Source: a phage. Taken from it: a stretch of 64,000 nt of DNA. Below, in pieces: positions 9,495 through 18,369 of the stretch. The position numbers were made by a program, and so were the translations under genes. Under the pieces are notes generated by a model. It saw only the letters and a list, made by a program, of their open reading frames with translations. It was not told the origin of the DNA and ran no database searches. The DNA lies in sequence record OZ336094.1, one strand, 5' to 3'. Each line of letters begins with the position of its first letter. Positions within the stretch are counted from its first letter, which is position 1.

Positions 9495-10901
9495 ATGGCA
9501 ACTTTTCGTGATAAGGTAGTTTCCGTAACCCTTACCTACGGTGCTACTTCAATTAGTGAAACACAGTTTGATATCCCTCTAATTCTTACAGGGCATAACG
9601 TTACTGGCAATCTTGTAGATTATTTCACTTCTTCAGACGCACTTCTGCAAGCAGGTTTTGGCACTGCCGATCCAGCTTATAAAATGGCAAAACTACTATT
9701 TGACGGTCTGTTCGCACCAGAACAAGTTATCGTCGGTAAGCGTGATGTTTCTAAAACAACTCTAACTCCAGTAGTTGAAGATAGTGCAACTTACGTTATC
9801 ACTATTAAAGCAAATTCAAAAAGCAAGGACTTCAAGTTTGTTGCCGATGATACTGCAACTGCTCAAGAGATTGTTGTTGGTTTAACAGAAATGATCAACG
9901 CAGACGTAGTGTATAAAGAATTTTTCACTGTGTCAAACGATGGTAGTGTTATCACTGTAACCCCAGTTGCAGGTAAATACGCTACTATGGATAGTTCAGG
10001 ATTCACAACTAACGTAGAATATGCAAATGATATCTTAGAAGATATTGCTAAAATTGCAGACTATGAAAACAGTTGGTTCTGGTTACTATCTGATTCTCAC
10101 GCAGAACAAGATATTATCGATCTAGCAGGTTATGTAGAAGAGCACGATAAAGTGTATTTCTTCTCTACCTCGCAACCAGGTGTTCTAACTAAAGAAGAAG
10201 ATAACATTCTAGAACGCTTAGGTGATATGGGCTACAATAACACTTGTATGGCATTGTGGATGACTAACGCTGACACAGTGTTCCCAGAGGCTGCTGTAGT
10301 TGGTTCTATCTGCTCTGCAACACCAGGTACTACTACCCTGCATGGTAAAACCCTTGTTGGTATCGAGATTGAAAAACTTGGTCAGACAGCAGAAAACTTT
10401 ATCGTTCAACAGAATGGTAATATTTACCGTAAAGAACACGGCGTTCTGTTCTACCGTGATGGCTTCATGGTTAGTGGTTTCTATGTTGACTATGTGGTAC
10501 ACGCTCTGTGGTTCAAAGCTCGCGTAGAAGAATCTCTGTTCGCTCTATTCAAACAGCAATCTATGCTTGGTAGTGGTGTTAGAGCAACTTCTGCTGGTCT
10601 TGCTTTGATTCGTCAAGCTGTTACTGCAAACCCAATCCAAGTAGGTATTAACAATGGTTCTATTGCCAATGAGGTAGTAACTTCAGAGGAAACAGGACTT
10701 CTGGTAAGCCTTAAACCTACTATCTATATCCCATCTCGTGCAGATATGACTGATGCTCAAATCAATGCACGTTTGGTTGATGGTATGGTTATTGAATACG
10801 TATATGCTGGATTCTTCCACTATGTTAAAGTGCAGGTAAACGTTCTGACGAACCGCACTGCAAATAGCCAGAATTCCAATAGCTCTACTGTATCTTCATA
10901 A
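9495..10901 (+). CDS. Tail sheath protein
   Basis: 468-aa ORF directly upstream of a tube-sized ORF and the chaperone/tape-measure block; terminator follows. Confidence 0.5.
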   Translation: MATFRDKVVSVTLTYGATSISETQFDIPLILTGHNVTGNLVDYFTSSDALLQAGFGTADPAYKMAKLLFDGLFAPEQVIVGKRDVSKTTLTPVVEDSATYVITIKANSKSKDFKFVADDTATAQEIVVGLTEMINADVVYKEFFTVSNDGSVITVTPVAGKYATMDSSGFTTNVEYANDILEDIAKIADYENSWFWLLSDSHAEQDIIDLAGYVEEHDKVYFFSTSQPGVLTKEEDNILERLGDMGYNNTCMALWMTNADTVFPEAAVVGSICSATPGTTTLHGKTLVGIEIEKLGQTAENFIVQQNGNIYRKEHGVLFYRDGFMVSGFYVDYVVHALWFKARVEESLFALFKQQSMLGSGVRATSAGLALIRQAVTANPIQVGINNGSIANEVVTSEETGLLVSLKPTIYIPSRADMTDAQINARLVDGMVIEYVYAGFFHYVKVQVNVLTNRTANSQNSNSSTVSS

Positions 10902-10906
10902 TTAAA

Positions 10907-10930
10907 AGCAGCGGGGGAAACCCCGCTTAT
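10907..10930 (+). terminator. Rho-independent terminator
   Basis: gcggggg-aaa-ccccgc hairpin followed by a T-rich tract. Confidence 0.55.
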
Positions 10931-10959
10931 ATGAAAAGTAGTATAAAAGGAGATCCACT

Positions 10960-11439
10960 TTGGATAAAATGCTTACTGGCGTAATGGCCTATGATCCTTC
11001 TCAAGTAATCCTGTCTTTGGGTGGTTGGGAACCTTGGGGTTTCGCCGCAGATACCAAAATTGTTATTAACAAAACTAACGATATCATCAACCCATATTCA
11101 GGTACTGATGGTGACGTTTCCTTGGCTCTTAGTCGTAACCGTTTAGGTACGCTAACAATGTCACTGCAACGTACTTCCCCAGCAAACGAAGTTCTTGCTG
11201 CTTATGCACAAACGATGTATTCTACTCGTCAAGTAGCGTTTAGCGTATATCTAGAAGACCCTCGCGGATATTATATCAGCACAATTGGTTGGATTCAAAG
11301 CCAACCGGACGACACTATTGGTGAAACTATTCAAGAAAACCAATGGGTAATTGGTCTTAAAGATGCAAGCCTACTTCGTTCTACTGTAGGTGTTGGTGTT
11401 AACGCACTTAACTCTATTAGTGCTCTAACTATTCAGTAA
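10960..11439 (+). CDS. Tail tube protein
   Basis: 159-aa ORF between sheath and chaperone genes. Confidence 0.5.
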   Translation: MDKMLTGVMAYDPSQVILSLGGWEPWGFAADTKIVINKTNDIINPYSGTDGDVSLALSRNRLGTLTMSLQRTSPANEVLAAYAQTMYSTRQVAFSVYLEDPRGYYISTIGWIQSQPDDTIGETIQENQWVIGLKDASLLRSTVGVGVNALNSISALTIQ

Positions 11440-11444
11440 CAAAA

Positions 11445-11468
11445 AGGGCAGAAATGCCCTTTATTTTT
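11445..11468 (+). terminator. Rho-independent terminator
   Basis: agggca-gaaa-tgccct hairpin (GNRA loop) followed by T8. Confidence 0.55.
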
Positions 11469-11482
11469 AAAGAGAGGAAATA

Positions 11483-11965
11483 ATGGAACAACAAAAAGAT
11501 AATACTATTGCAAAATTTGCTCGTCCAGAAGTAATGGTTGAAATTGATCTGGATGAAGGACGCAGTGTAAAATTTAGAGTTCTCAAGTGGAGTCCAACTA
11601 AAGTTTTTGAAAGGATTCCAGAACTAGGTAGTGTACTAGCTGTTCCTATGACAATGTATAATACTGCTCTTATGTCAGCAGATGAAGATCTAGAAGCTCG
11701 TATTGCTATGGCGCTGATCCAGTTATTCAGTGGTCTGGAAGAAAAAAACTTAGCCGCATTCTTACGTAAAATTTTAGATGAAGTTTACACAGAAGCAGGT
11801 CATAGTGTTTCCGATAATTTTGATGAATTGTTTTTTGCTCACCCAGAATTAGTTGTTGACTTAGCTGCAAAAGTTCTTGAGGTGAACTATGCCCCTTTTT
11901 TCAAACGAGGTTTCGGAAAACTGTTGACCCAATTTCAAGGAATAGAGACTCTAGCGAAGAGTTAA
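11483..11965 (+). CDS. Tail assembly chaperone (G-like)
   Basis: 160-aa acidic ORF immediately upstream of the tape-measure gene; contains a slippery heptamer near its 3' end. Confidence 0.5.
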   Translation: MEQQKDNTIAKFARPEVMVEIDLDEGRSVKFRVLKWSPTKVFERIPELGSVLAVPMTMYNTALMSADEDLEARIAMALIQLFSGLEEKNLAAFLRKILDEVYTEAGHSVSDNFDELFFAHPELVVDLAAKVLEVNYAPFFKRGFGKLLTQFQGIETLAKS

Positions 11966-12240
11966 GTCCGGCAATTAAATCAGCAATTGAAATTGCCTCA
12001 CAAACCCTTAGCTTGACATGGTATGAAGTAATTCTTTGTAAGGTAGTTAAGAATACCTCCGAAACCTTGTCCTCGTTAGATAACTACGGTGTAGATTATC
12101 TACTTAAAATTTATGAATATTTAACATTTGAAGACTATGTACAAGATCTTCACGTTAAAGATGCGGATATTAAACGTGGTCAACAGAGAACAATAAGAGA
12201 ACTGGATACGGCTATGAAAAAATTAATTCCAGATTCATAA
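11483..12240 (+). CDS. Tail assembly chaperone frameshift fusion product (GT-like)
   Basis: The -1 frame starting at the slippery site is stop-free and continues into the 12013..12240 ORF; same layout as lambda G/GT upstream of tape measure. Confidence 0.4.
11896..11902 (+). promoter_or_regulatory. Candidate -1 ribosomal frameshift site T_TTT_TTC
   Basis: X_XXY_YYZ heptamer in the zero frame of the chaperone ORF; the -1 frame is open from here to 12240. Confidence 0.45.
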
Positions 12241-12259
12241 GTAATACGGAGGATTACCC

Positions 12260-14239
12260 TTGTTAGAAATTAACACTTCCAAGATTAAGAATACAGTAAC
12301 GTTTACTGTAGATAAAGATAGTTTAAAAAATACTAAAGACGCAATTAAAAACCTTAAAACTTTTACAGAATCTATTGAACCATCTTTAAATATGACTAAA
12401 ATGCGTCGTCAGTTTAAAAGTATGGAAGAGTATGCTAAAAGAATAAGGCAGCAAATGTCAGGTCTTGGCGGCGGTAATCCTCCACCAATCCCACCAACCG
12501 GAGGTTCAAGTGGTGGTGGAAAAGGAGGAAGTGGCAGAGGTGGTTCTGGATCTTCTGGAGGACGTAAGACACCGGAGGAAAGAGCCGCAGAAGCCGCCGC
12601 TAAACGCGCAGCACTTGCTAATATGAAGCAAGACGATTTTAGTTTTAAAGCTATGCCTTTTACAAAAGCAGACAGTAGAATTCTAGAAAAATCTAAAAAG
12701 ATTGTAGAAGAAACTGTTGAACTTTATCGTAAAGGTGTAATCACTAGCCAACAAATGAATAATACTTTGGCTAGACAGTTAGAAGAACTACGCAGATCTC
12801 ATAGAGAGAAGAATGCACAACTTCTTGATGAAGAGAGAGCTAGACGTAGAATTGCCCGTCTGCAAGAAGCGGAAGATAAAAGAAGACAGCGTGTTCGAGA
12901 AAGAGAAAGAAAGGAGTTCGAACGTCAGCAAAGGAGGGAAAAAGAAGCAAGACAGCGAGATAGACAACGTAAGTTATCTGGTGTAGGTAATGCTGCTATT
13001 GCTCTTAACCCTGCTATGTTTGGTGCTGCTCTTTTAGGTGCTGGTTTATATCAAGGCATAAGCAAAATAGCTGAAAGCATCACAACTGCGGCAGAACGTA
13101 TTAATATGGTTAGTAAAGGTGGTCAGAACGTACAGGTAAACCCTAATGCAATTTTAACAATGCGTACTTGGGGTGAGATGAACGGTGTAGACTCTGCCAG
13201 CATTATTAAAGCCATTGACAATATTAAAGACGTTCGTGAACGTTTAGGTAATACTGTACTCCACTCTGAATTTGATGAAAAATCAGGTAAATGGAAAGGT
13301 GGAGATAGTGGTATTAATGAAATCATGAACCAATTTGGTTGGTCGAAAGAAGATGTTGCTAAATTCCAGAACAGACCTTTAGACTTTGTTCAAGCACTTG
13401 TTAATGAAGGTCAAAAAAGAGGAATGAACTCTGCGCAAATTGGTCGTTTGATGGAAAACCTTGGTGATGACTTAATGCACTACCAACGTATGTTTTTGGA
13501 TAACGGTAAAGAGTACATGAAAGTCTTGGATATGTTAAAAAATTCAGGAGCCACTCTTAACGATGAAAACATCAAAGCAGCACAAGATTTTGTTAAGCTA
13601 AGAGCACAAATTAGTGCAGCAGGAGAAGGTTTTACCAATAACTTACTTATAGGATTTATGGATGGTTTAAAATCTGCACCAGATTTTGCAGAGAATATGA
13701 AAACTTTCCAAGAAGCTGCTCGTGGTCTTGGTGAAATGTCTGGTAGTATTGTAAGTAGCCTTGCAAAAATTGCGAAATATTTCCTTGATTTTTCAAATAA
13801 GGTTGGGCCAAAAAACAATACTAAAGAAGCTGTAAGAGATTATTATAATGGTACGCAGTATGGGTACGATGCACAGGTTGGTGGTAATCCTTGGGCTTAT
13901 TGGCCTATTGGAAGAGATCAACATCTGCCTGAAAATCAACCTTTAGGTAACTTTGATAGTAGTTTCTTAACTAGTGCCTTAAATCCAAGTGCTTCTAGTA
14001 TTGGTTACAATAGACCTGATTTAACAGCATCTATGCTAACACCACGCCAAGGTGTTCCAATACCGTTAAGTCTAGAGAATACGGTTGTTATTCCAGACAA
14101 CGCATTCCAAATTAATGTTATTCCAGATGGTTATGGTTTTAGTAATTATCTAGATGCGACAATGAATACCAGTTTTAGTAACTTCTCACAAGGTTTAACT
14201 CTTCAGTTAAGCAGTGGACAATCTTCTACTGGTGGTTAA
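12260..14239 (+). CDS. Tail tape measure protein
   Basis: 659 aa; Gly-rich tract (GGGNPPPIPPTGGSSGGGKGGSG), Arg/Glu-rich coiled coil, Gly/Ala-rich hydrophobic segment; position after chaperones. Confidence 0.7.
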   Translation: MLEINTSKIKNTVTFTVDKDSLKNTKDAIKNLKTFTESIEPSLNMTKMRRQFKSMEEYAKRIRQQMSGLGGGNPPPIPPTGGSSGGGKGGSGRGGSGSSGGRKTPEERAAEAAAKRAALANMKQDDFSFKAMPFTKADSRILEKSKKIVEETVELYRKGVITSQQMNNTLARQLEELRRSHREKNAQLLDEERARRRIARLQEAEDKRRQRVRERERKEFERQQRREKEARQRDRQRKLSGVGNAAIALNPAMFGAALLGAGLYQGISKIAESITTAAERINMVSKGGQNVQVNPNAILTMRTWGEMNGVDSASIIKAIDNIKDVRERLGNTVLHSEFDEKSGKWKGGDSGINEIMNQFGWSKEDVAKFQNRPLDFVQALVNEGQKRGMNSAQIGRLMENLGDDLMHYQRMFLDNGKEYMKVLDMLKNSGATLNDENIKAAQDFVKLRAQISAAGEGFTNNLLIGFMDGLKSAPDFAENMKTFQEAARGLGEMSGSIVSSLAKIAKYFLDFSNKVGPKNNTKEAVRDYYNGTQYGYDAQVGGNPWAYWPIGRDQHLPENQPLGNFDSSFLTSALNPSASSIGYNRPDLTASMLTPRQGVPIPLSLENTVVIPDNAFQINVIPDGYGFSNYLDATMNTSFSNFSQGLTLQLSSGQSSTGG

Positions 14240-14245
14240 TGCATA

Positions 14246-14274
14246 AAGCCTCGCTTCGGCGGGGCTTTTTATTT
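14246..14274 (+). terminator. Rho-independent terminator after tape measure
   Basis: agcctcgc-ttcg-gcggggct hairpin (UUCG loop) followed by T5. Confidence 0.6.
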
Positions 14275-14277
14275 GTC

Positions 14278-14307
14278 TTGACAAAGAGTTGTTTTTCGTG
14301 ATAAAAT
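14278..14307 (+). promoter_or_regulatory. Sigma70-like promoter candidate with extended -10
   Basis: TTGACA, 18-nt spacer, TGaTAAAAT. Confidence 0.4.
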
Positions 14308-14354
14308 GAGTGATAAGGGAGAATGTTTCTTATCACATTAAGAGGTAAAATTAT

Positions 14355-15065
14355 ATGGCAGCAAACACTCCAGAACAACACGTTCAAGCGGTTTATAAAG
14401 CGGAACAAGATATAAATTCTACAAAAAACACAAATAACTCTGCCTCTACTGTGAAAGGGGAGAATGGTTTTTGTATTTTAGCAAGTATTTACAATAGTGC
14501 AAGTGATCAATATATTCAAAACTACCAAGCTATAGTTTTTGATGCTGTTCCAAATATCGGTGTAAAACGTCAAGCTGATGTTACTAGCTATCCTGTAGAA
14601 AATGGTGCTAATGTATCGGATCACGTTCAAGTTAAAAATAATACTTTCTCTTTATCAGGAATGATTACAGAGACACCTGTAAGATTGATGCGAGATATGT
14701 TATATAGTGCGGGTGTTAACGGTACTCGTATTAGTCAAGCAATTACTTACCTAGATAAAATCTTTGATGAAAGACAGCCTATCATCTTAATAACAGAACA
14801 TAAAGTTTATGAGAATGTTATTTTGAAAGGTATTTCTTATGAATATCAAACAGAATATGCAATGCAATTTGACTTGGAATTTGAACAAGTAAGATTAGTT
14901 TCTTACGGGGAAACAAATGCTATTGCACTTAAGACAAAACCAAATAAGAATACAGGTGTTAAGAACAAGAAAGGTACTAGTCCAGATGCTGATCTTGATG
15001 CAAGAACAGGGAAAGCAACTGGTACAGAACATCTTAGTGATCACAGTGCAGATGGTAAAAAATAA
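14355..15065 (+). CDS. Hypothetical tail / baseplate protein
   Basis: ORF with AGAGG RBS; position after tape measure. Confidence 0.4.
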   Translation: MAANTPEQHVQAVYKAEQDINSTKNTNNSASTVKGENGFCILASIYNSASDQYIQNYQAIVFDAVPNIGVKRQADVTSYPVENGANVSDHVQVKNNTFSLSGMITETPVRLMRDMLYSAGVNGTRISQAITYLDKIFDERQPIILITEHKVYENVILKGISYEYQTEYAMQFDLEFEQVRLVSYGETNAIALKTKPNKNTGVKNKKGTSPDADLDARTGKATGTEHLSDHSADGKK

Positions 15066-15076
15066 GGAGAAAATTT

Positions 15077-15496
15077 TTGGCTATTTCATCTTATTCAAAG
15101 ATCAGTAGAAGCACATCTAATAGTGGCTACAATGCAGTATTTATTGATCGAACTTTAGGCTACTATTCTTGGTACTTACCTACAGAACAGTACCCAGATC
15201 AAACATATACAGTAACTCTCGATGGAGTAGATTATGATATACGTTTGAGGTGGAATACAAGAGATCAGTCGTGGCAAATGCAATTAGGCTTATCAGGAGA
15301 TAATCCTAGTGTAACTTTTAAAGTAACCAATGGTTTAGATCTTCTAGAACCATATAAGTATATAGAATCTGTGCCGGATGGTCAACTCTATTTGGTAGAT
15401 ACTGTTAAAATAAACGGTAGACCTAATTACTATGACACAGGTGTAGATAAAAGATTTGCTTTGGTTTATATCGACGCTCTTCCATATCAAGCATGA
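15077..15496 (+). CDS. Hypothetical tail / baseplate protein
   Basis: ORF with AGGAG RBS; position. Confidence 0.4.
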   Translation: MAISSYSKISRSTSNSGYNAVFIDRTLGYYSWYLPTEQYPDQTYTVTLDGVDYDIRLRWNTRDQSWQMQLGLSGDNPSVTFKVTNGLDLLEPYKYIESVPDGQLYLVDTVKINGRPNYYDTGVDKRFALVYIDALPYQA

Positions 15497-15513
15497 TAAA
15501 AGGAGTTTTTTAA

Positions 15514-16524
15514 ATGGCAGAAAAAAGAGATTATACAAAAGCTCCTGCACCCAATCTAAACAGAGCATACAAACTGTTAATAGGTACAGCTACTAATACT
15601 AAAGAAAAAAGGACAAAAAATTCCTCTTTCAAATCTACAGTAGACTTAGATACTAAACTAGGGGATGCTAAAAAATCAACCCCTAATTTGTATGTTATTA
15701 CGGAGCACCAAATATCTTTCACAATAAGAAAAGATAATAATAAAGATCCTAATCAAGCCGAGATAACTATTTATAACCTAAGCGATGATACTGTTAATTA
15801 TATTAACAAAGGTATTCGTAACAACTTGGCGGTTGCTTTAGCGGTAGGTTATGAAGGTCAAGAGTTAATTATGATCTTTAAGGGAACGGTGCAATGGGTG
15901 AGTGATACGTTTAACAATACAGACAGACGTACAGTGTTACATTGTCTGGATGGTGGTATTAACATCTCCGAAGCAAGGACAAGCCGAAGTTATCCGAAAG
16001 GTACAAAAGTAAGTAAAGTTGTTAAAGACCTAGTTAAAGATTTAGGTACTACAGAAGGTAATATTCACGTAGACACAGAGCAAACTTTATCATCTGCAAC
16101 AGCTATGTGTGGTAACACATCACATTACTTAGAAAGTATCTGTAAAGGTATTGATCACAATGTGTCGATACAAGATGGATCTGTTTACGTGACACCAAGA
16201 TCACAAATGTCTAGTGCAAGATGCGCATATATTAGTGCAGAAACAGGTTTAATTGGTAGTCCAGAACCTTTCCACAATGATATTAAACCGACACAAAAAG
16301 TAACTAAATCTTCTAAGAAAGCTAAAAAGCCTACAGATGGTGTTAAGTTCAGATGTGAAATGAACGGTGCTATCTTACCAGAAAAAACTGTTTGGCTCAA
16401 GAGTCATAACTATGATGGTGGTTTTAAGGTGGTGTCTGTTGTTCATACAGGAGATAGGGAAGGTAAAGACTGGACAACTGAAGTAGAGTCTGTATCTGTA
16501 TCTGCAATTATTAAGAAGGGCTAG
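15514..16524 (+). CDS. Hypothetical baseplate hub-like protein
   Basis: 336-aa ORF immediately upstream of the spike gene. Confidence 0.35.
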   Translation: MAEKRDYTKAPAPNLNRAYKLLIGTATNTKEKRTKNSSFKSTVDLDTKLGDAKKSTPNLYVITEHQISFTIRKDNNKDPNQAEITIYNLSDDTVNYINKGIRNNLAVALAVGYEGQELIMIFKGTVQWVSDTFNNTDRRTVLHCLDGGINISEARTSRSYPKGTKVSKVVKDLVKDLGTTEGNIHVDTEQTLSSATAMCGNTSHYLESICKGIDHNVSIQDGSVYVTPRSQMSSARCAYISAETGLIGSPEPFHNDIKPTQKVTKSSKKAKKPTDGVKFRCEMNGAILPEKTVWLKSHNYDGGFKVVSVVHTGDREGKDWTTEVESVSVSAIIKKG

Positions 16525-16526
16525 AA

Positions 16527-17264
16527 ATGGATGCTTTAAATTTTGTAACAGCAATCCGTGGATTAATCAACGAGCAAGTTGCGGAAGTACATACATCTTT
16601 ACCTGTAAGGGTAATTGGTGTAGATTATGGATCTAAGACAGTAACTTTAGAATCTATCGTAAAAAATACCAGATCTACTGAAGATGAAATAGATTACCCA
16701 ACATTCCACGATGTTCCTTTTATGGTAAATGGTGGTGGGACAGGTAGAATTTCATTTCCAATTAAAGCAGGAGATATTGGTGTTGTTGTCTTTTCAGAAA
16801 GAGATCCGTCGAATGCTTTCCAGACAGATGGAGATACAGCCAGCAGCGGAACATTAATTCAACCTTGTGGTTTGTATCCAGCCTGTTTTATTCCTAAGAT
16901 AGCAACAGCTACAGATTCTTCAGAAGAAGTAGATTCTGAAAAAGTTGTTATCTCAAATAACAAGCAAACTTACGCTTCGTTTGATCCTAACGGTAATATA
17001 TCTGTGTACAACACACAAGGTATGAAAATAGATATGACACCAAACAGTATCGTCCTTACCGATGCAGGAGGAGGAAAACTTACACTGCAAGGTGGAACTA
17101 TGACATATAAAGGTGGTACTGTAAATTTAAACGGTTTAACAATCACACCTGACGGTCGTATGACAGATAGTGGTGGCATTGGTTTACACACACATACACA
17201 CCCTGTACGCGGTGTTGAAACTGGTGGTGGCACTGTTACTTCCGACAAACCAAATGGAGGTTAA
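16527..17264 (+). CDS. Baseplate central spike protein (P2 gpV-like)
   Basis: N-terminal region resembles OB-fold spike proteins; C-terminal Gly-rich beta-strand repeats ending with LHTHTHP (HxHxH metal-binding tip, near 17183-17203). Confidence 0.5.
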   Translation: MDALNFVTAIRGLINEQVAEVHTSLPVRVIGVDYGSKTVTLESIVKNTRSTEDEIDYPTFHDVPFMVNGGGTGRISFPIKAGDIGVVVFSERDPSNAFQTDGDTASSGTLIQPCGLYPACFIPKIATATDSSEEVDSEKVVISNNKQTYASFDPNGNISVYNTQGMKIDMTPNSIVLTDAGGGKLTLQGGTMTYKGGTVNLNGLTITPDGRMTDSGGIGLHTHTHPVRGVETGGGTVTSDKPNGG

Positions 17265-17267
17265 CAG

Positions 17268-17903
17268 ATGGGAATACCATTTGATTTAAAACTTGATGGT
17301 TCTAACGATTTAGTAATGGTGGATGGTGATTTAACACTAACCACAACTAAAAGTGAAATTGCAGCACAGACGCTTGGAATAACACTTAGAACTTTCCGTG
17401 GAGAATGGTTCCTCAACTCTAATTTTGGGGTTCCATATCTGCAAGAGATTATTGGTGTTGCCAAGAAGAAAGAGATTGTTGATCGCATTTTCTTATCAAC
17501 TATCGCAAGTAATGTTTATATAGATAATATTAATTCCTACACATCCTCTTATGATAGAGATGATAGGTATTACTCAATGAACGTTACTGTTACAGTTGGT
17601 GAACAAGTTGTTAGTGCTCTATTCAGTACACAGCCGTCTGAAGAATATATCTATCCAGAAGCTGGTGATGATAATGCAGCAATCACTTGTGAAGCATTTG
17701 AAATTGTTGAATCTGCAAATAGACTCTATCGCTTTATTAACATTGTTGGTCTTCCTAAAGATACTTATTCTACTTGGTGGAATGAGTGGTCTAACGAGGC
17801 ATTGATTGAAAAATACCTTGTTAACGAAGCCAATAAAGGTCTTGCAACCAATTACAACTATGCTATAACAGCAACAATGGGAGCTACAAATAATAATGGC
17901 TGA
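17268..17903 (+). CDS. Hypothetical baseplate protein
   Basis: Start 4 nt after the previous stop; position. Confidence 0.4.
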   Translation: MGIPFDLKLDGSNDLVMVDGDLTLTTTKSEIAAQTLGITLRTFRGEWFLNSNFGVPYLQEIIGVAKKKEIVDRIFLSTIASNVYIDNINSYTSSYDRDDRYYSMNVTVTVGEQVVSALFSTQPSEEYIYPEAGDDNAAITCEAFEIVESANRLYRFINIVGLPKDTYSTWWNEWSNEALIEKYLVNEANKGLATNYNYAITATMGATNNNG

Positions 17904-18369
17904 TTTAACTACAATCAAGGTGTCTGATCTACCTGTAACAACATCTGTTTCAGACACAGATTATTTTGTAACAGATCAATCAGGCATCACTAAGAAAACA
18001 TCATTACGTGTTCTTCTTGCGGGTGCTGGTGTTACACGAAATCGTCTTTCTGCAAGGGGTACTGTCACAAATACCCTAGCTTTAGATATTAGCACGGCAG
18101 AGTATTTCTCTGCCACTTTATCTAGTCCAACTTGCAGTATTTCATTTAGTAATGTTCCAGTTACAACTAATATTGTTCAAAACTTTACGCTATCCCTACG
18201 TCAAGGCAGTGGAGCAAATAAAGTAACGTGGCCTCAATCTGTTAAATGGAGTTTTGGTCGCGCTCCTGTTTTGAGTTATAAACAGGGAGCTACAGATATT
18301 TTTGAATTTGTTAGTTATGATAATGGAGCTACCTGGATAGGTAGTTTAGTGATGGCAGGAGTGATTTAA
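17896..18369 (+). CDS. Hypothetical baseplate / tail protein
   Basis: Overlapping start/stop coupling with neighbours. Confidence 0.4.
   Translation: MADLTTIKVSDLPVTTSVSDTDYFVTDQSGITKKTSLRVLLAGAGVTRNRLSARGTVTNTLALDISTAEYFSATLSSPTCSISFSNVPVTTNIVQNFTLSLRQGSGANKVTWPQSVKWSFGRAPVLSYKQGATDIFEFVSYDNGATWIGSLVMAGVI

Noticed and set aside
12013-12240. Independent 75-aa TTG-start ORF
   Set aside because: Better explained as the -1 frameshift extension of the tail chaperone; there is no convincing RBS before the TTG.
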